DNA from: Actinomycetes bacterium
GTDB lineage: Bacteria > Actinomycetota > Actinomycetes > Actinomycetales > Microbacteriaceae
DNA: 64,000 bases
Direction: 5' to 3'
Assembly (NCBI GenBank): GCA_023431405.1
Contig: JAEYVZ010000009.1
Coordinates: 19,087-83,086 of the forward strand
Part shown: in pieces, positions 39,277-49,121 of the stretch
Layout: every line of letters starts with the position of its first letter
How positions within the stretch are numbered: the stretch's first letter is position 1
The notes under the pieces: generated by a model
Databases searched by the model: none
Told to the model about the DNA's origin: nothing
Seen by the model: only the letters and a program-made list of their open reading frames with translations
Made by a program: the position numbers and the translations under genes

Positions 39277-39834
39277 CTAGTCCTCGCGCGGGGGTCGTCT
39301 CCGCGCGAGGAGGAGTCCGATGAGGCCCCCGACGATGACGACGATCCCCACGGCGACCCACACAGCCGTGAGGTCGTCGGCCGCTGCCTGCGCAGGGGGG
39401 GCCGGAGCCGTCGGCGTCGGAGAGGTCGTGGCGGGCGTCGTCGACGCCGACTCGCCCACGGAGAAGACGAACTGACCGGAGATCGGGTGCCCGTCGCTGG
39501 AGACGACGCGCCACGCGACCTGCACCGCTCCGGAGGCATCGCCGGTGAGCGGCTGGGTGACCCTCACGCCGTCGACCACGGGGTCGCCCGCGGTGAGATC
39601 GGCCCCGGCGGCATCCGTCACCACGACCTCCGTGGCGCCGTCGCCGGTCAGCAGCACGCCGCTGAAGGTGAGGACCACCTCCGAGGGCAGTGCGGCGACG
39701 GTTGCGCCCGCTGCGGGGTCGGTGCCGAGCAGTTCGTCGTGCGCCGAGGCGGGGGAGGCGATGGAGATCAGCAGGGCGCCCACGAGCGCGCCGAGGGCGG
39801 CGATCCAGCGGGGACGAAGACCAGAGGATGTCAC
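39277..39834 (-). CDS. CopC-domain copper-resistance protein with a C-terminal membrane anchor
   Basis: A signal peptide is followed by AHDELLGTDPAAGA and SSDGHPISG. A Pro/Thr linker and a TM segment follow. Confidence 0.8.
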   Translation of the reverse strand: MTSSGLRPRWIAALGALVGALLISIASPASAHDELLGTDPAAGATVAALPSEVVLTFSGVLLTGDGATEVVVTDAAGADLTAGDPVVDGVRVTQPLTGDASGAVQVAWRVVSSDGHPISGQFVFSVGESASTTPATTSPTPTAPAPPAQAAADDLTAVWVAVGIVVIVGGLIGLLLARRRPPRED

Positions 39835-39950
39835 CCCATCGAGCCTACCCGTGCCCTGTTGCGCCGGGCCGTGGCGTCCTAGCATGGCGCCAGGTGAGCC
39901 CCTCGACCGGCTCGGGGGCACGGCGAGCCTCGAAGGGAGAGGAAAAAGCG

Positions 39951-40346
39951 ATGGACGCCATGATGATGGACGCGATGTCGAAGGACATGTCGTCGATGGA
40001 GGGGATGCCTGCCGACATGTCGGTGCTGCAGGCATGCCTCGACGCCTGCGCCGCCTGCGAGCAAGCCTGCACCGTGTGCTCGACGCAGATGCTCGACTGC
40101 GCGCCCGCGTGCATGAACTGTGCGGACATGTGCAACACCATGATGCGCACGATGCTGCGGATGCAGGGGATGACGCCCGCGTCGATGATGGCCATGCTCG
40201 ACGCCTGCATCGCGATGTGTCAGACGTGCATGGACGAGTGCATGATGCATGCCGAGATGAGCGCGGTGTGCCGCATGTGCGCCGACGCGTGCAGGGCCTG
40301 CATGGATGCGTGCGCCGCCATGCGCGACGCCATGGTGACGGCCTGA
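39951..40346 (+). CDS. Cys- and Met-rich four-helix-bundle copper storage protein (DUF326, Csp3/Ccsp-like)
   Basis: It has repeated C-x3-C and C-x2-C motifs (CLDACAACEQACTVC ...). By hand count it has about 18 Cys and about 29 Met in 131 aa. It has a strong RBS. Confidence 0.8.
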   Translation: MDAMMMDAMSKDMSSMEGMPADMSVLQACLDACAACEQACTVCSTQMLDCAPACMNCADMCNTMMRTMLRMQGMTPASMMAMLDACIAMCQTCMDECMMHAEMSAVCRMCADACRACMDACAAMRDAMVTA

Positions 40347-40361
40347 CCGGGCTCTGCGGTC

Positions 40362-40739
40362 TCAGCCGGCGGGGGAGGCCGCCGCCGGGGCGGAGAGCAC
40401 GAGCGTGTTGAACAGCCGGCCACCCACGCTCAACGCGTGGTAGCGGTCGTGGAGTGCCACCGGCTCGCCCTCGCGGACGAGGTCTGCGGCACCCGCGCCG
40501 TTCCACACCGTGATGATCGCGTCGTCGTGGAGCCGCGCCAGGGTGATCGTCCCGTCCGCGGCGGCCCCGATGACGATGGCGTCGGACCACTCCGCGGGAG
40601 TGGAGGCGACCAGCCGTGCCTGGATCAGGTGGACGGCGTGCCCCGCCTCGAACGAGGAGCACGCCCCTCCGCTCGCGCACATGCACGCCGCGTCCCGACG
40701 CACCGGGGCGGGCGTGAGGCGATCATGTGGCGTGAACAC
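40362..40739 (-). CDS. Hypothetical protein (125 aa) with an N-terminal CxC-x5-C motif
   Basis: An AAGGAG RBS lies 6 nt before the GTG start, and GC3 is high. I recognise no family. Confidence 0.5.
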   Translation of the reverse strand: MFTPHDRLTPAPVRRDAACMCASGGACSSFEAGHAVHLIQARLVASTPAEWSDAIVIGAAADGTITLARLHDDAIITVWNGAGAADLVREGEPVALHDRYHALSVGGRLFNTLVLSAPAAASPAG

Positions 40740-40974
40740 GGGAAACTCCTTGTCGTCTGAGTCGGTATCCGTCAGGCTAGGCGGTGACCCGTTGCCCACC
40801 GGTCGACGTCGACACAGGACGCAACAAAACCCCCGGGCGCCGTGCAGACAGCGTGCAGGACAACAGGGCGCAGCAAACCCGAAGACGGTCGTGCCCGCGA
40901 CCGTGCGCCGACCCTCGATCGCATTTCCGCTCCCCGCGCGATCGGTTAGGGTGAAGTGGGGAGGAGGAGGAAGC

Positions 40975-41478
40975 GTGGACGAGAACCGTCGCCCTGAGGA
41001 GATCCGGCGTGAAGCCGAGGAGATCCGGCGTGAAGCCGACTCGCCGCAGCGCTCGATGAACGACACGACGCAGACGTTCGGCCATGACTCCGACCTGTCG
41101 TTCATCCCCTTCGGAAGCGACCTCAGCGAGGTCGAGCTCGAGGCCATCGCCGCCCTTCCGTCGCGCTCCGCGATCCTCCTCGTGCGCTCCGGCCCCACCG
41201 CCGGCGCACGCTACCTGCTCGACACCGACGTGACCACTGTCGGCCGCCATCCCGAGGCCGACATCTTCTTCGATGACGTCACGGTCTCTCGCCGGCACGC
41301 CGAGATCACCCGGTCGGGCACGGTTTTCGAACTCGTCGACCAGCGGTCGCTCAACGGCAGCTACGTCAATGGTGAGCGCGTCGACCGCGCCGTGCTCACC
41401 GACGGCGCAGAGCTGCGCATCGGCAAGTTCCGCCTCAACTTCTTCGCGTCGCCCGCCGATCGCGAGACGGTCGGGTGA
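40975..41478 (+). CDS. garA: FHA-domain regulator GarA/OdhI-like
   Basis: The C-terminal FHA domain reads GR....DI..DD..VSRRHAEI.......L.D..SLNG.YVN. The N-terminal TTQTF phospho-motif resembles ETTSVF. MerR genes follow, as in the Rv1827-1830 region. Confidence 0.85.
   Translation: MDENRRPEEIRREAEEIRREADSPQRSMNDTTQTFGHDSDLSFIPFGSDLSEVELEAIAALPSRSAILLVRSGPTAGARYLLDTDVTTVGRHPEADIFFDDVTVSRRHAEITRSGTVFELVDQRSLNGSYVNGERVDRAVLTDGAELRIGKFRLNFFASPADRETVG
40996..41037 (+). repeat. Perfect 21-bp tandem duplication (2 copies) inside garA
   Basis: gaggagatccggcgtgaagcc occurs twice in tandem. It encodes EEIRREA-EEIRREA in frame. Confidence 0.9.
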
Positions 41479-42152
41479 CGCCGGCGGCAGCACCCCGAGG
41501 ACGCACGTCGCCTACGGGGCACCTCAGCATCGGCCAGGTGCTCGCACGCCTCAGCCCGGAATTCCCGGCGCTGAGTGCGAGCAAGCTGCGCTACCTCGAA
41601 GTGCAGGGCATCGTGTCGCCCGTGCGAACAGAATCGGGCTACCGCAAGTTCTCGGCCACGGACGTCGAACGACTGCGCACCACGTTGACGATGCAGCGCG
41701 ACTACGGCATCCCGCTCGCCCGCATACGCGAGTACCTCGACGACCCCGCCGGGGACAGCGCGTCGATGCCCGCCTCGATCGTGCAGACGGCGCGGCGCCA
41801 TCGCCGTGATGAGCTCATCGCCGCCGCCGGGGCATCGCCGGTGCTGCTGAGCGATGCCGTGACGGCGGGTCTCATTCCTGCCGGCGACACGTTCGACGAC
41901 CGTGCTCTGGCGATGCTTCGCGCGCTCGTGGCGCTGGAGGGGCACGGCATCCAGCCGCGTCACCTTCGATCGCTCCGCCAGGCGGCGGAGCGCGACGTGA
42001 CGCTCGTGGAGAGTGCGCTGGCACCCTTGCTGAGGAAGTCGGATGCCACGGCCCGCGCGAAGGCGCACGAGCTCGCCCCCGAGCTTCTGCGCCGCATCGA
42101 CGAACTGCGCGCCGGGCTCATCCAGACCGCGCTCGAGCGCATGACCCCCTGA
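41475..42152 (+). CDS. MerR-family regulator (Rv1828/FtsR-like)
   Basis: It carries LSIGQVL......FP.LS.SKLRYLE.QG...P.RT.SGYRKFS. It is coupled to garA by a GTGA overlap. Confidence 0.8.
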   Translation: MTPAAAPRGRTSPTGHLSIGQVLARLSPEFPALSASKLRYLEVQGIVSPVRTESGYRKFSATDVERLRTTLTMQRDYGIPLARIREYLDDPAGDSASMPASIVQTARRHRRDELIAAAGASPVLLSDAVTAGLIPAGDTFDDRALAMLRALVALEGHGIQPRHLRSLRQAAERDVTLVESALAPLLRKSDATARAKAHELAPELLRRIDELRAGLIQTALERMTP

Positions 42153-42250
42153 CCGGATCGCGACACGCCGAAGCGACACGGCCCGATGTCGTTGCCGGGT
42201 GGGCATCCCTCATCTAGCGTGGAACAAGACAACCCACTGTAGGAGGCGAA

Positions 42251-42796
42251 ATGACCGCGCACGACGCGATCGGCGAGCCGCAGTTCACGACCGAGCTGCT
42301 GTTCACCGACGGCCTCCCGCAGATGGACGACGAGGTCGGCTACCGCGGCGCGGTGGCAGCACGTGCGGCCGGCATCACGTACCGCCAGCTCGACTACTGG
42401 GCACGTACCGAGCTCGTCGAGCCCACGGTGCGCGGGGCGTCGGGCTCCGGGTCGCAGCGTCTCTACGGCTTCCGCGACATCCTCGTGCTGAAGCTCGTCA
42501 AGCGTCTGCTCGACACCGGCATCTCTCTGCAGCAGATCCGCACCGCCGTCGACCAGCTGCGTGCCGCCGGCATCCGCGATCTGGCAGGCACCACGTTGAT
42601 GAGCGACGGCGCCTCCGTGTACCTGTGCACCTCCAACGACGAGGTCATCGACCTCGTCAGCCGGGGCCAGGGCGTGTTCGGCATCGCGGTGGGCAAGGTG
42701 CTCCACGAAGTCGAGTCGACGCTCCTCGATTTCGATCCGCAGGCGCCCGACCCCGTCGACGAGCTCGCGGCTCGTCGCGCGGCACGCTCGGCCTGA
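42251..42796 (+). CDS. MerR-family regulator (Rv1830-like)
   Basis: It carries YRGAVAARAAGITYRQLDYWART.LV.P......GSGSQRLY.F.D. Confidence 0.85.
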   Translation: MTAHDAIGEPQFTTELLFTDGLPQMDDEVGYRGAVAARAAGITYRQLDYWARTELVEPTVRGASGSGSQRLYGFRDILVLKLVKRLLDTGISLQQIRTAVDQLRAAGIRDLAGTTLMSDGASVYLCTSNDEVIDLVSRGQGVFGIAVGKVLHEVESTLLDFDPQAPDPVDELAARRAARSA

Positions 42797-42873
42797 GCCT
42801 CCGTCACGCGCGCGTCGGCAGGGGAGCCATCAGAGGTCGATGACCTCCCACCCGCGCGGCACGCGGCGGGCTC

Positions 42874-43683
42874 TCAGGCGCGCTGTTCGCCCGCGACCGG
42901 GATGCGCCCCGTCCGCATGACGCGGTCGAGAAGGGCGTCGAAGTCGCTCGCCAGCTCCTGAGCGGAATCGCCCGGCCAGATGTGCAGCGGCTTCGCGGCG
43001 CCCTGGGCCTGCTGCAGCGACGTGCGCTCGGGCAGCTGCGGCGACAGCACCAGCGGACCGAACATGTCGCGCAGCTCCTTGATGCGGAACTGGTGCTCGA
43101 TCGACTGCGGGCGAACGCGGTTGACGACGATGCCCAGAGGCTGGAGGCGCGGTGAAAGGCCCCGTCGGATCTCCTCGATCGCGCGGAGCGCACGGTCGGC
43201 GGCGGCGACCGAGAACAGTCCCGGCTCGGTGACGACGATGACACGGTCGCTCGCAGCCCAGGCGGTGCGCGTGAGCGCGTTCAGCGACGGGGCGCAGTCC
43301 ACGAGAACGAGGTCGTAGTCGGCCTCGATCGTCGCGAGCGCCTCCTCGAGCTTCCACACATCACGCACGCTCGGGTGCGGACCGTCGAAGTTGATGGCCG
43401 ACGGGCTGCCGATCATGACGTCGATGGTGCCCGGATGCACCTTCGCCCAGCCGCTGGAGGTGATGGCCTGACGGACCACCTTCTCCTTCGGGTTGGCGAG
43501 GACGTCGGCGACGTTCAGGCGGCCGGCGACCTGGATGTCCATCCCCGTAGACACGTCGGACTGAGGGTCGAGGTCGACGACGAGGGTCCGAACCCCACGG
43601 GCGAACGCAGCGGAGGCGAGTCCGAGGGTCACGGTCGTCTTTCCGACCCCACCCTTGAGTGAGCTGACGGAGAGTACGTGCAC
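42874..43683 (-). CDS. ParA/Soj-family ATPase (orphan)
   Basis: It has the deviant Walker [11 protein letters not shown], followed by VVDLDPQ. Confidence 0.85.
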   Translation of the reverse strand: MHVLSVSSLKGGVGKTTVTLGLASAAFARGVRTLVVDLDPQSDVSTGMDIQVAGRLNVADVLANPKEKVVRQAITSSGWAKVHPGTIDVMIGSPSAINFDGPHPSVRDVWKLEEALATIEADYDLVLVDCAPSLNALTRTAWAASDRVIVVTEPGLFSVAAADRALRAIEEIRRGLSPRLQPLGIVVNRVRPQSIEHQFRIKELRDMFGPLVLSPQLPERTSLQQAQGAAKPLHIWPGDSAQELASDFDALLDRVMRTGRIPVAGEQRA

Positions 43684-43775
43684 GAGGCTCTACGTTACCG
43701 TCCCCTAGGCTGTGAGGACACACAGTGATTCCGGCGCCCGCTGCCGTGCGCCCCGGTCATCCCCGCGAGGTGAGC

Positions 43776-46700
43776 ATGTTCCGCAAGATCCTGGTCGCGA
43801 ACCGAGGCGAGATCGCGATCCGCGCCTTCCGAGCCGCGTACGAGCTCGGTGCGCGTACCGTCGCCGTCTACCCCTACGAAGACCGGTACTCCCTGCACCG
43901 CCTGAAGGCCGATGAGGCCTATGAGATCGGCGAGAAGGGCCACCCGGTCCGCGCCTATCTCGACGTGGCCGAGATCATCCGGGTCGCCCGGGAGAGCGGC
44001 GCCGACGCGATCTACCCCGGGTACGGCTTCCTCTCCGAGAACCCCGACCTCGCCGCCGAAGCCGCGAAGGCGGGGATCGCCTTCGTCGGACCGCCCGCTC
44101 GGGTGCTCGAGATGGCGGGCAACAAGGTCACCGCCAAGGAGCATGCGATCGCGGCCGGTGTTCCGGTGCTGCGATCGACGCAGGCCTCGGATGACGTCGA
44201 TGAACTGGCGGCGCAGGCCGCCGACATCGGCTTCCCGATCTTCGTCAAGGCGGTCGCCGGCGGAGGCGGCCGTGGCATGCGCCGCGTCGAGACGCGGGAA
44301 CAGCTGGAGCCCGCGCTGTCCGAGGCGATGCGCGAGGCCGGGAGCGCCTTCGGAGATCCGCGGGTCTTCCTCGAGCAGGCGGTGCAGCGACCCCGCCACG
44401 TGGAGGTGCAGATCCTCGCCGATGCCACGGGAGAGACCGTGCACCTGTTCGAGCGCGACTGCTCGGTGCAGCGGCGTCATCAGAAGGTGGTCGAGATCGC
44501 GCCCGCCCCCAACCTCGACGACGGCGTGCGCGCCGCACTCCACGCCCACGCGGTCGCCTTCGCGCGCTCGATCGGCTACGAGAACGCGGGGACGGTGGAG
44601 TTCCTGCTCGAGACGGCCGGACCGCGTGCCGGCGAAGTCGTCTTCATCGAGATGAACCCCCGCATCCAGGTCGAGCACACGGTCACCGAGGAAGTGACCG
44701 ACGTCGACCTCGTGCAGTCGCAGATGCGCATTGCGGCGGGGGAGTCGCTCGCAGACCTCGGTCTCACCCAGGACCGCATCCGTCTGCGCGGGGCTGCACT
44801 GCAGTGCCGCATCACCACCGAAGACCCGACGCAGGGCTTCCGGCCCGACACCGGCAAGATCACGACCTACCGCTCGCCCGGTGGCGCCGGCATCCGGCTC
44901 GACGGCGGCACGACGGCGGCGGGCTCCCAGATCAGTCCGCACTTCGATTCCATGCTGGCCAAGCTCACGTGCCGCGGACGCGACTTCGAGTCGGCTGTCC
45001 GGCGCTCGCGACGCGCCCTTGCCGAGTTCCGCATCCGTGGCGTCTCGACCAACATCCCGTTCCTGCAGCAGGTGCTCGACGATCCCGCCTTCGTCGCGGG
45101 CGACCTCAGCACGGCGTTCATCGACGAGCGCCCCGAGCTGCTGAAGGGACGTGAGTCGAAGGACCGCGGGTCGAAGATCATGTCGTGGCTGGCAGACGTC
45201 ACGGTCAACAAGCCCCACGGTGAGAACCCCATCACGGTGGTGCCCGCCTCGAAACTTCCGGCCCTGTCGCTGCAGGGCGAGCCGCCCGCCGGCTCCCGCC
45301 AGCGCCTCCAGGAGCTCGGTCCGGCCGGGTTCGCGGCGCACCTCCGACAGCAGACCGCCCTCGCGGTGACCGAGACGACGTTCCGCGACGCGCACCAGTC
45401 GCTGCTGGCGACACGGGTCCGCACGCGGGACCTCGTCACCGTCGCCCCCTACGTCGCCCGGCTCACCCCGCAGCTGCTCTCTGTGGAGGCCTGGGGCGGA
45501 GCGACCTACGACGTCGCGCTGCGCTTCCTCGGCGAAGACCCCTGGGAGCGCCTCGACGCGCTCCGGGAGGCCCTCCCGAACGTTGCGATCCAGATGCTGC
45601 TGCGCGGGCGCAACACCGTGGGGTACACCCCGTACCCCACACGCGTCACCGACGCCTTCGTGCGCGAGGCCGCGGCATCCGGGGTGGACATCTTCCGCAT
45701 CTTCGACGCCCTCAACGACGTGTCGCAGATGCGCCCGGCGATCGAGGCGGTGCTCGGCACCGACACCGCGGTGGCAGAGGTGGCCCTGTGCTACACGGGC
45801 GACCTCCTCGACCCCGCCGAAGATCTGTACACCCTCGACTACTATCTGCGCCTGGCCGAGCAGATCGTCGACGCGGGCGCCCACGTGCTGGCGATCAAGG
45901 ACATGGCGGGCCTTCTGCGCCCGGGAGCCGTCTCGAAGCTCGTGACCGCGCTGCGCGAGCGCTTCGACCTGCCCGTTCACGTCCACACCCACGACACGGC
46001 GGGCGGACAGCTCGCCACGCTGCTGGCTGCGAGCGCTGCCGGGGCGGATGCCGTGGACGCCGCGGCGGCGCCGATGGCGGGCACCACGAGCCAGCCGTCG
46101 CTGTCGGCGCTCGTCGCCGCGCTCGCGCACACCGAACGCGACACCGGCCTGAGCCTTCCGGCCGTGGCCGACCTGGAGCCCTACTGGGAGGCGATGCGCC
46201 ACCTCTACCGGCCCTTCGAGTCGGGCCTTCCGGGGCCCACCGGCCGTGTGTACACGCACGAGATCCCGGGCGGGCAGCTCTCCAACCTGCGCCAGCAGGC
46301 GATCGCCCTGGGTCTTGCCGACGACTTCGAGCTCATCGAGGACATGTACGCGGCGGCCAACGACATCCTCGGGCGCGTGCCGAAGGTGACCCCGTCATCG
46401 AAGGTCGTCGGCGATCTCGCCCTCCACCTGGCTGCGGTGAAGGCCGACCCGGCCGACTTCGCCGCCAACCCGGAGAAGTACGACGTCCCCGATTCGGTCG
46501 TCGGCTTCATGGCCGGTGAGCTCGGCGACCTGCCCGGCGGATGGCCGGAGCCGTTCCGCACGAAGGTGCTGCGCGGGCGCGAGGTGAAGGTCGGGGTCAC
46601 CGACATCACCGACGAGCAGGAGGCCGCTCTCGAAGCCGATTCCGCCACTCGTCGTCGCATGCTCAACGAGCTGCTCTTCCCGGCGCCCACGCGTGCTTTC

Positions 46701-47183
46701 CACGACGTGCGCAGCACGTACGGCGACCTGAGTGTGCTCGACACCGCGGACTACCTGTACGGGCTCGCCCCCGGTGCCGAGCATGTCGTCGAGATCGAGC
46801 GCGGCGTGCAGCTGTACGTCGGTCTCGAGGCGATCGGTGAAGCCGACGAGAAGGGCATGCGCACCGTCATGGCCACCCTCAACGGTCAGCTGCGTCCGGT
46901 CTTCGTGCGCGATCGGAGCATCACGGTCGAAGCGCGCCAGGCGGAGAAGGCCGACACCTCCAAGCCCGGCCAGGTCGCCGCCCCCTTCTCGGGCGTCGTG
47001 ACGCTCAAGGCGGCCGAAGGCGACTCCGTCAGCGCAGGTCAGCCGGTCGCCTCGATCGAGGCCATGAAGATGGAGGCGGCGATCACCTCACCCGTCGACG
47101 GCGTGGTCGAGCGCGCGGCGATCCCCACGACCGCGCAGGTGGAGGCCGGCGATCTTTTGCTGGTCGTCCGGCCCGCCGAGTAG
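43776..47183 (+). CDS. pyc: Pyruvate carboxylase
   Basis: The N-terminal biotin carboxylase domain begins KILVANRGEIAIR. A carboxyltransferase domain follows, and the C-terminal biotinylation motif is EAMKME. Confidence 0.92.
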   Translation: MFRKILVANRGEIAIRAFRAAYELGARTVAVYPYEDRYSLHRLKADEAYEIGEKGHPVRAYLDVAEIIRVARESGADAIYPGYGFLSENPDLAAEAAKAGIAFVGPPARVLEMAGNKVTAKEHAIAAGVPVLRSTQASDDVDELAAQAADIGFPIFVKAVAGGGGRGMRRVETREQLEPALSEAMREAGSAFGDPRVFLEQAVQRPRHVEVQILADATGETVHLFERDCSVQRRHQKVVEIAPAPNLDDGVRAALHAHAVAFARSIGYENAGTVEFLLETAGPRAGEVVFIEMNPRIQVEHTVTEEVTDVDLVQSQMRIAAGESLADLGLTQDRIRLRGAALQCRITTEDPTQGFRPDTGKITTYRSPGGAGIRLDGGTTAAGSQISPHFDSMLAKLTCRGRDFESAVRRSRRALAEFRIRGVSTNIPFLQQVLDDPAFVAGDLSTAFIDERPELLKGRESKDRGSKIMSWLADVTVNKPHGENPITVVPASKLPALSLQGEPPAGSRQRLQELGPAGFAAHLRQQTALAVTETTFRDAHQSLLATRVRTRDLVTVAPYVARLTPQLLSVEAWGGATYDVALRFLGEDPWERLDALREALPNVAIQMLLRGRNTVGYTPYPTRVTDAFVREAAASGVDIFRIFDALNDVSQMRPAIEAVLGTDTAVAEVALCYTGDLLDPAEDLYTLDYYLRLAEQIVDAGAHVLAIKDMAGLLRPGAVSKLVTALRERFDLPVHVHTHDTAGGQLATLLAASAAGADAVDAAAAPMAGTTSQPSLSALVAALAHTERDTGLSLPAVADLEPYWEAMRHLYRPFESGLPGPTGRVYTHEIPGGQLSNLRQQAIALGLADDFELIEDMYAAANDILGRVPKVTPSSKVVGDLALHLAAVKADPADFAANPEKYDVPDSVVGFMAGELGDLPGGWPEPFRTKVLRGREVKVGVTDITDEQEAALEADSATRRRMLNELLFPAPTRAFHDVRSTYGDLSVLDTADYLYGLAPGAEHVVEIERGVQLYVGLEAIGEADEKGMRTVMATLNGQLRPVFVRDRSITVEARQAEKADTSKPGQVAAPFSGVVTLKAAEGDSVSAGQPVASIEAMKMEAAITSPVDGVVERAAIPTTAQVEAGDLLLVVRPAE

Positions 47184-47255
47184 CCTAGATCTCTGGGCCT
47201 GCGGCTGGCATCGTTCTATCAGCCGCCGCCCTGAGACCACCTGGAGTGAGAAGCA

Positions 47256-48587
47256 GTGACGCCTGAGCGCAACGACAAGAGTCCCGACGACCTCGAAAAC
47301 GGGGTGCTCACGACCGGGAGCATCGACACGGCCGGCATCGGTCTGGCCGCCGGGCCGACCGCGCAGGTCGACGTCGACCTCCCCACCCTTGCCGACGAAG
47401 ACGACGACTACCTCGCCGACGACGACATCGACGGCGCGCACGCCGTGTTCGAGTCGACGAACACGGTCGAGGCGGAGATCATCGACGATTCCTCCACGGC
47501 ATCCCTCGCCGCGCAGCCCGCCACGCGACGCGAGGCGCATCACCTCGACGAGCACGACTCCCGTCATGCCGTGGAGCGCGTGCACACCCGCACGGCCGAC
47601 GTGCCGCTGCAGTCGCGTCGTCTCGGCGAGTTCGAAGCCGGGCGCGAGACGAGCGACCTGTTGACCGCGGATCGCCTTCTCGACCCCGCGCACGTCGTGC
47701 GCCCCGAGCCGGAGGGAGGCTGGCAGCGCTTCGTGTACTCGGTGACCGGTCACCGCGTGAACCTCGGCGACGGCAAACGCGCACGCGCCCGCAAGGAGCT
47801 CGACCGCCGCATCGCGGCGCCCCTGGGGGGAGGAGCGAAGTTCGTGCCGGTGATGTCGCGCAAGGGCGGTGTCGGCAAGACCACCGTCTCCACCCTCCTC
47901 GGAATGGCCCTCGCCGACGCCCGTGAGGACCGCATCATCGCGATCGACGCCAACCCCGACCGCGGTACGCTCGCCGACCGCATCGGGCACTCCAGCGGCA
48001 AGACCGTGCGCGATCTCGTGCGCGTACGCGGCGAGGTCGCAGGCTTCAACGACCTCTCCGCAATCGTCGCGCGAGACGAGACACGTCTCGACGTCCTCGC
48101 CTCGGACGCCGACCCCCGCGTGTCGGAAGCGTTCAACGACCGCGACTATCACGACGTCGCCACCGTCGCCGCCCATTACTACTCGATCGTGCTCACCGAC
48201 ACCGGAACCGGCATCGTCCACTCCGTGATGGAGGCGACGCTCGAACTGGCCGACGTGCTGGTGATCGTCGCGGGCCTCAGCGTGGAAGAGGCGCGACTGG
48301 CGTCCGAGACCCTCACCTGGCTGGAGACCAACGGGTTCGAAGACCAGGTGCGCAATGCCGTCGTCGTGCTGAACACCGCCCGGCCCGGAACGCCGCTCGT
48401 GCGGGCGTCGGAGCTGGAGGCCCACTTCGGCACACGGGTGCGTTCGGTCGTGCGGATGCCGTACGACCCGCACCTCGCGGCCGGCAGCGCCGTCTCGTTC
48501 CGCGACCTGCAGCCGGCGACGCGCCTGGCGGCGCGGGAGCTCGCCGCCACGGTCGTCGAAGGTCTCCGCATCCTGGCCGCCGCCTGA
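47256..48587 (+). CDS. MinD/ParA-like P-loop ATPase with a long acidic N-terminal extension
   Basis: It carries [12 protein letters not shown] and [11 protein letters not shown]. The N-terminal 150 aa or so are Asp/Glu-rich and of low complexity. Confidence 0.7.
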   Translation: MTPERNDKSPDDLENGVLTTGSIDTAGIGLAAGPTAQVDVDLPTLADEDDDYLADDDIDGAHAVFESTNTVEAEIIDDSSTASLAAQPATRREAHHLDEHDSRHAVERVHTRTADVPLQSRRLGEFEAGRETSDLLTADRLLDPAHVVRPEPEGGWQRFVYSVTGHRVNLGDGKRARARKELDRRIAAPLGGGAKFVPVMSRKGGVGKTTVSTLLGMALADAREDRIIAIDANPDRGTLADRIGHSSGKTVRDLVRVRGEVAGFNDLSAIVARDETRLDVLASDADPRVSEAFNDRDYHDVATVAAHYYSIVLTDTGTGIVHSVMEATLELADVLVIVAGLSVEEARLASETLTWLETNGFEDQVRNAVVVLNTARPGTPLVRASELEAHFGTRVRSVVRMPYDPHLAAGSAVSFRDLQPATRLAARELAATVVEGLRILAAA

Positions 48588-49078
48588 TGGCCGTCCGTCC
48601 GATCCGTCTCTTCGGCGACCCCGTTCTGCGCGCGGTCGCTGCGCCCGTCAGCGAGATCGACGACGGCGTGCGGGCGCTCGTGCAGGACCTGCTCGACACG
48701 GTCGAGCTCCCCGGTCGCGCGGGCGTCGCCGCCCCGCAGATCGGTGTGAGCGTGCGGGCATTCAGCTACAACATCGATGGCGACATCGGCTATGTCCTGA
48801 ATCCCGTGCTCGTGGAGGTGTCGGGAGAGCCCGAGCCGACCGGTGAGGGGTGCCTCTCGGTGCCGGGGCTCTGGCACGATGCGCTGCGCTACCCGCACGC
48901 GAAGGTGGTCGGCATCGATCTCGAGGGGAACGAGGTCGTGCTCGAAGGCGACGGGCTGCTGGCTCAGGCGCTGCAGCACGAGACCGACCACCTCGACGGA
49001 ATGCTCTACCTGCAGCGCCTCGATCCGCAGACGCGTCGCGTCGCCATGCGGGAGGTGCGCGAGTCCGACTGGTTCTGA
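48587..49078 (+). CDS. def: Peptide deformylase
   Basis: It carries all three deformylase motifs: [17 protein letters not shown] and QHETDHLDG. Confidence 0.92.
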   Translation: MAVRPIRLFGDPVLRAVAAPVSEIDDGVRALVQDLLDTVELPGRAGVAAPQIGVSVRAFSYNIDGDIGYVLNPVLVEVSGEPEPTGEGCLSVPGLWHDALRYPHAKVVGIDLEGNEVVLEGDGLLAQALQHETDHLDGMLYLQRLDPQTRRVAMREVRESDWF

Positions 49079-49121
49079 CTCCGCTGGATGTCGTGTCGGC
49101 TCCGTTCGCCGGACACAGCAG

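Noticed and set aside
39835-39950. The CopC/Csp3 divergent region might hold a CsoR or CopY-type copper operator.
   Set aside because: I found only weak G/C-tract pseudo-symmetry (gagcccc ... ggggcac). There is no clear palindrome of the known operator types, and no copper regulator gene is in the window.
40760-40975. The garA upstream region contains the 12-bp palindrome gtcgacgtcgac (about 40801-40812, tandem SalI-like sites) and a repeated cgtgcag.
   Set aside because: These elements are short, and this kind of sequence arises easily by chance in GC-rich DNA. No regulator is obviously associated, and the support is insufficient to call a site.
43695-46259. Very long antisense or shadow ORFs lie opposite pyc. 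The same occurs at 1183-3444 (ppsA), 29841-32330 (glgP), 61612-63654 (ftsI), 17349-19361 (the PilX-like gene), 37849-39882 (lpdA) and 35126-36808 (mmsA).
   Set aside because: Their translations are low-complexity and Arg/Pro/Gly-rich. The opposite strand in each case encodes a protein with unmistakable conserved motifs. These are GC-skewed codon artefacts, not overlapping genes.
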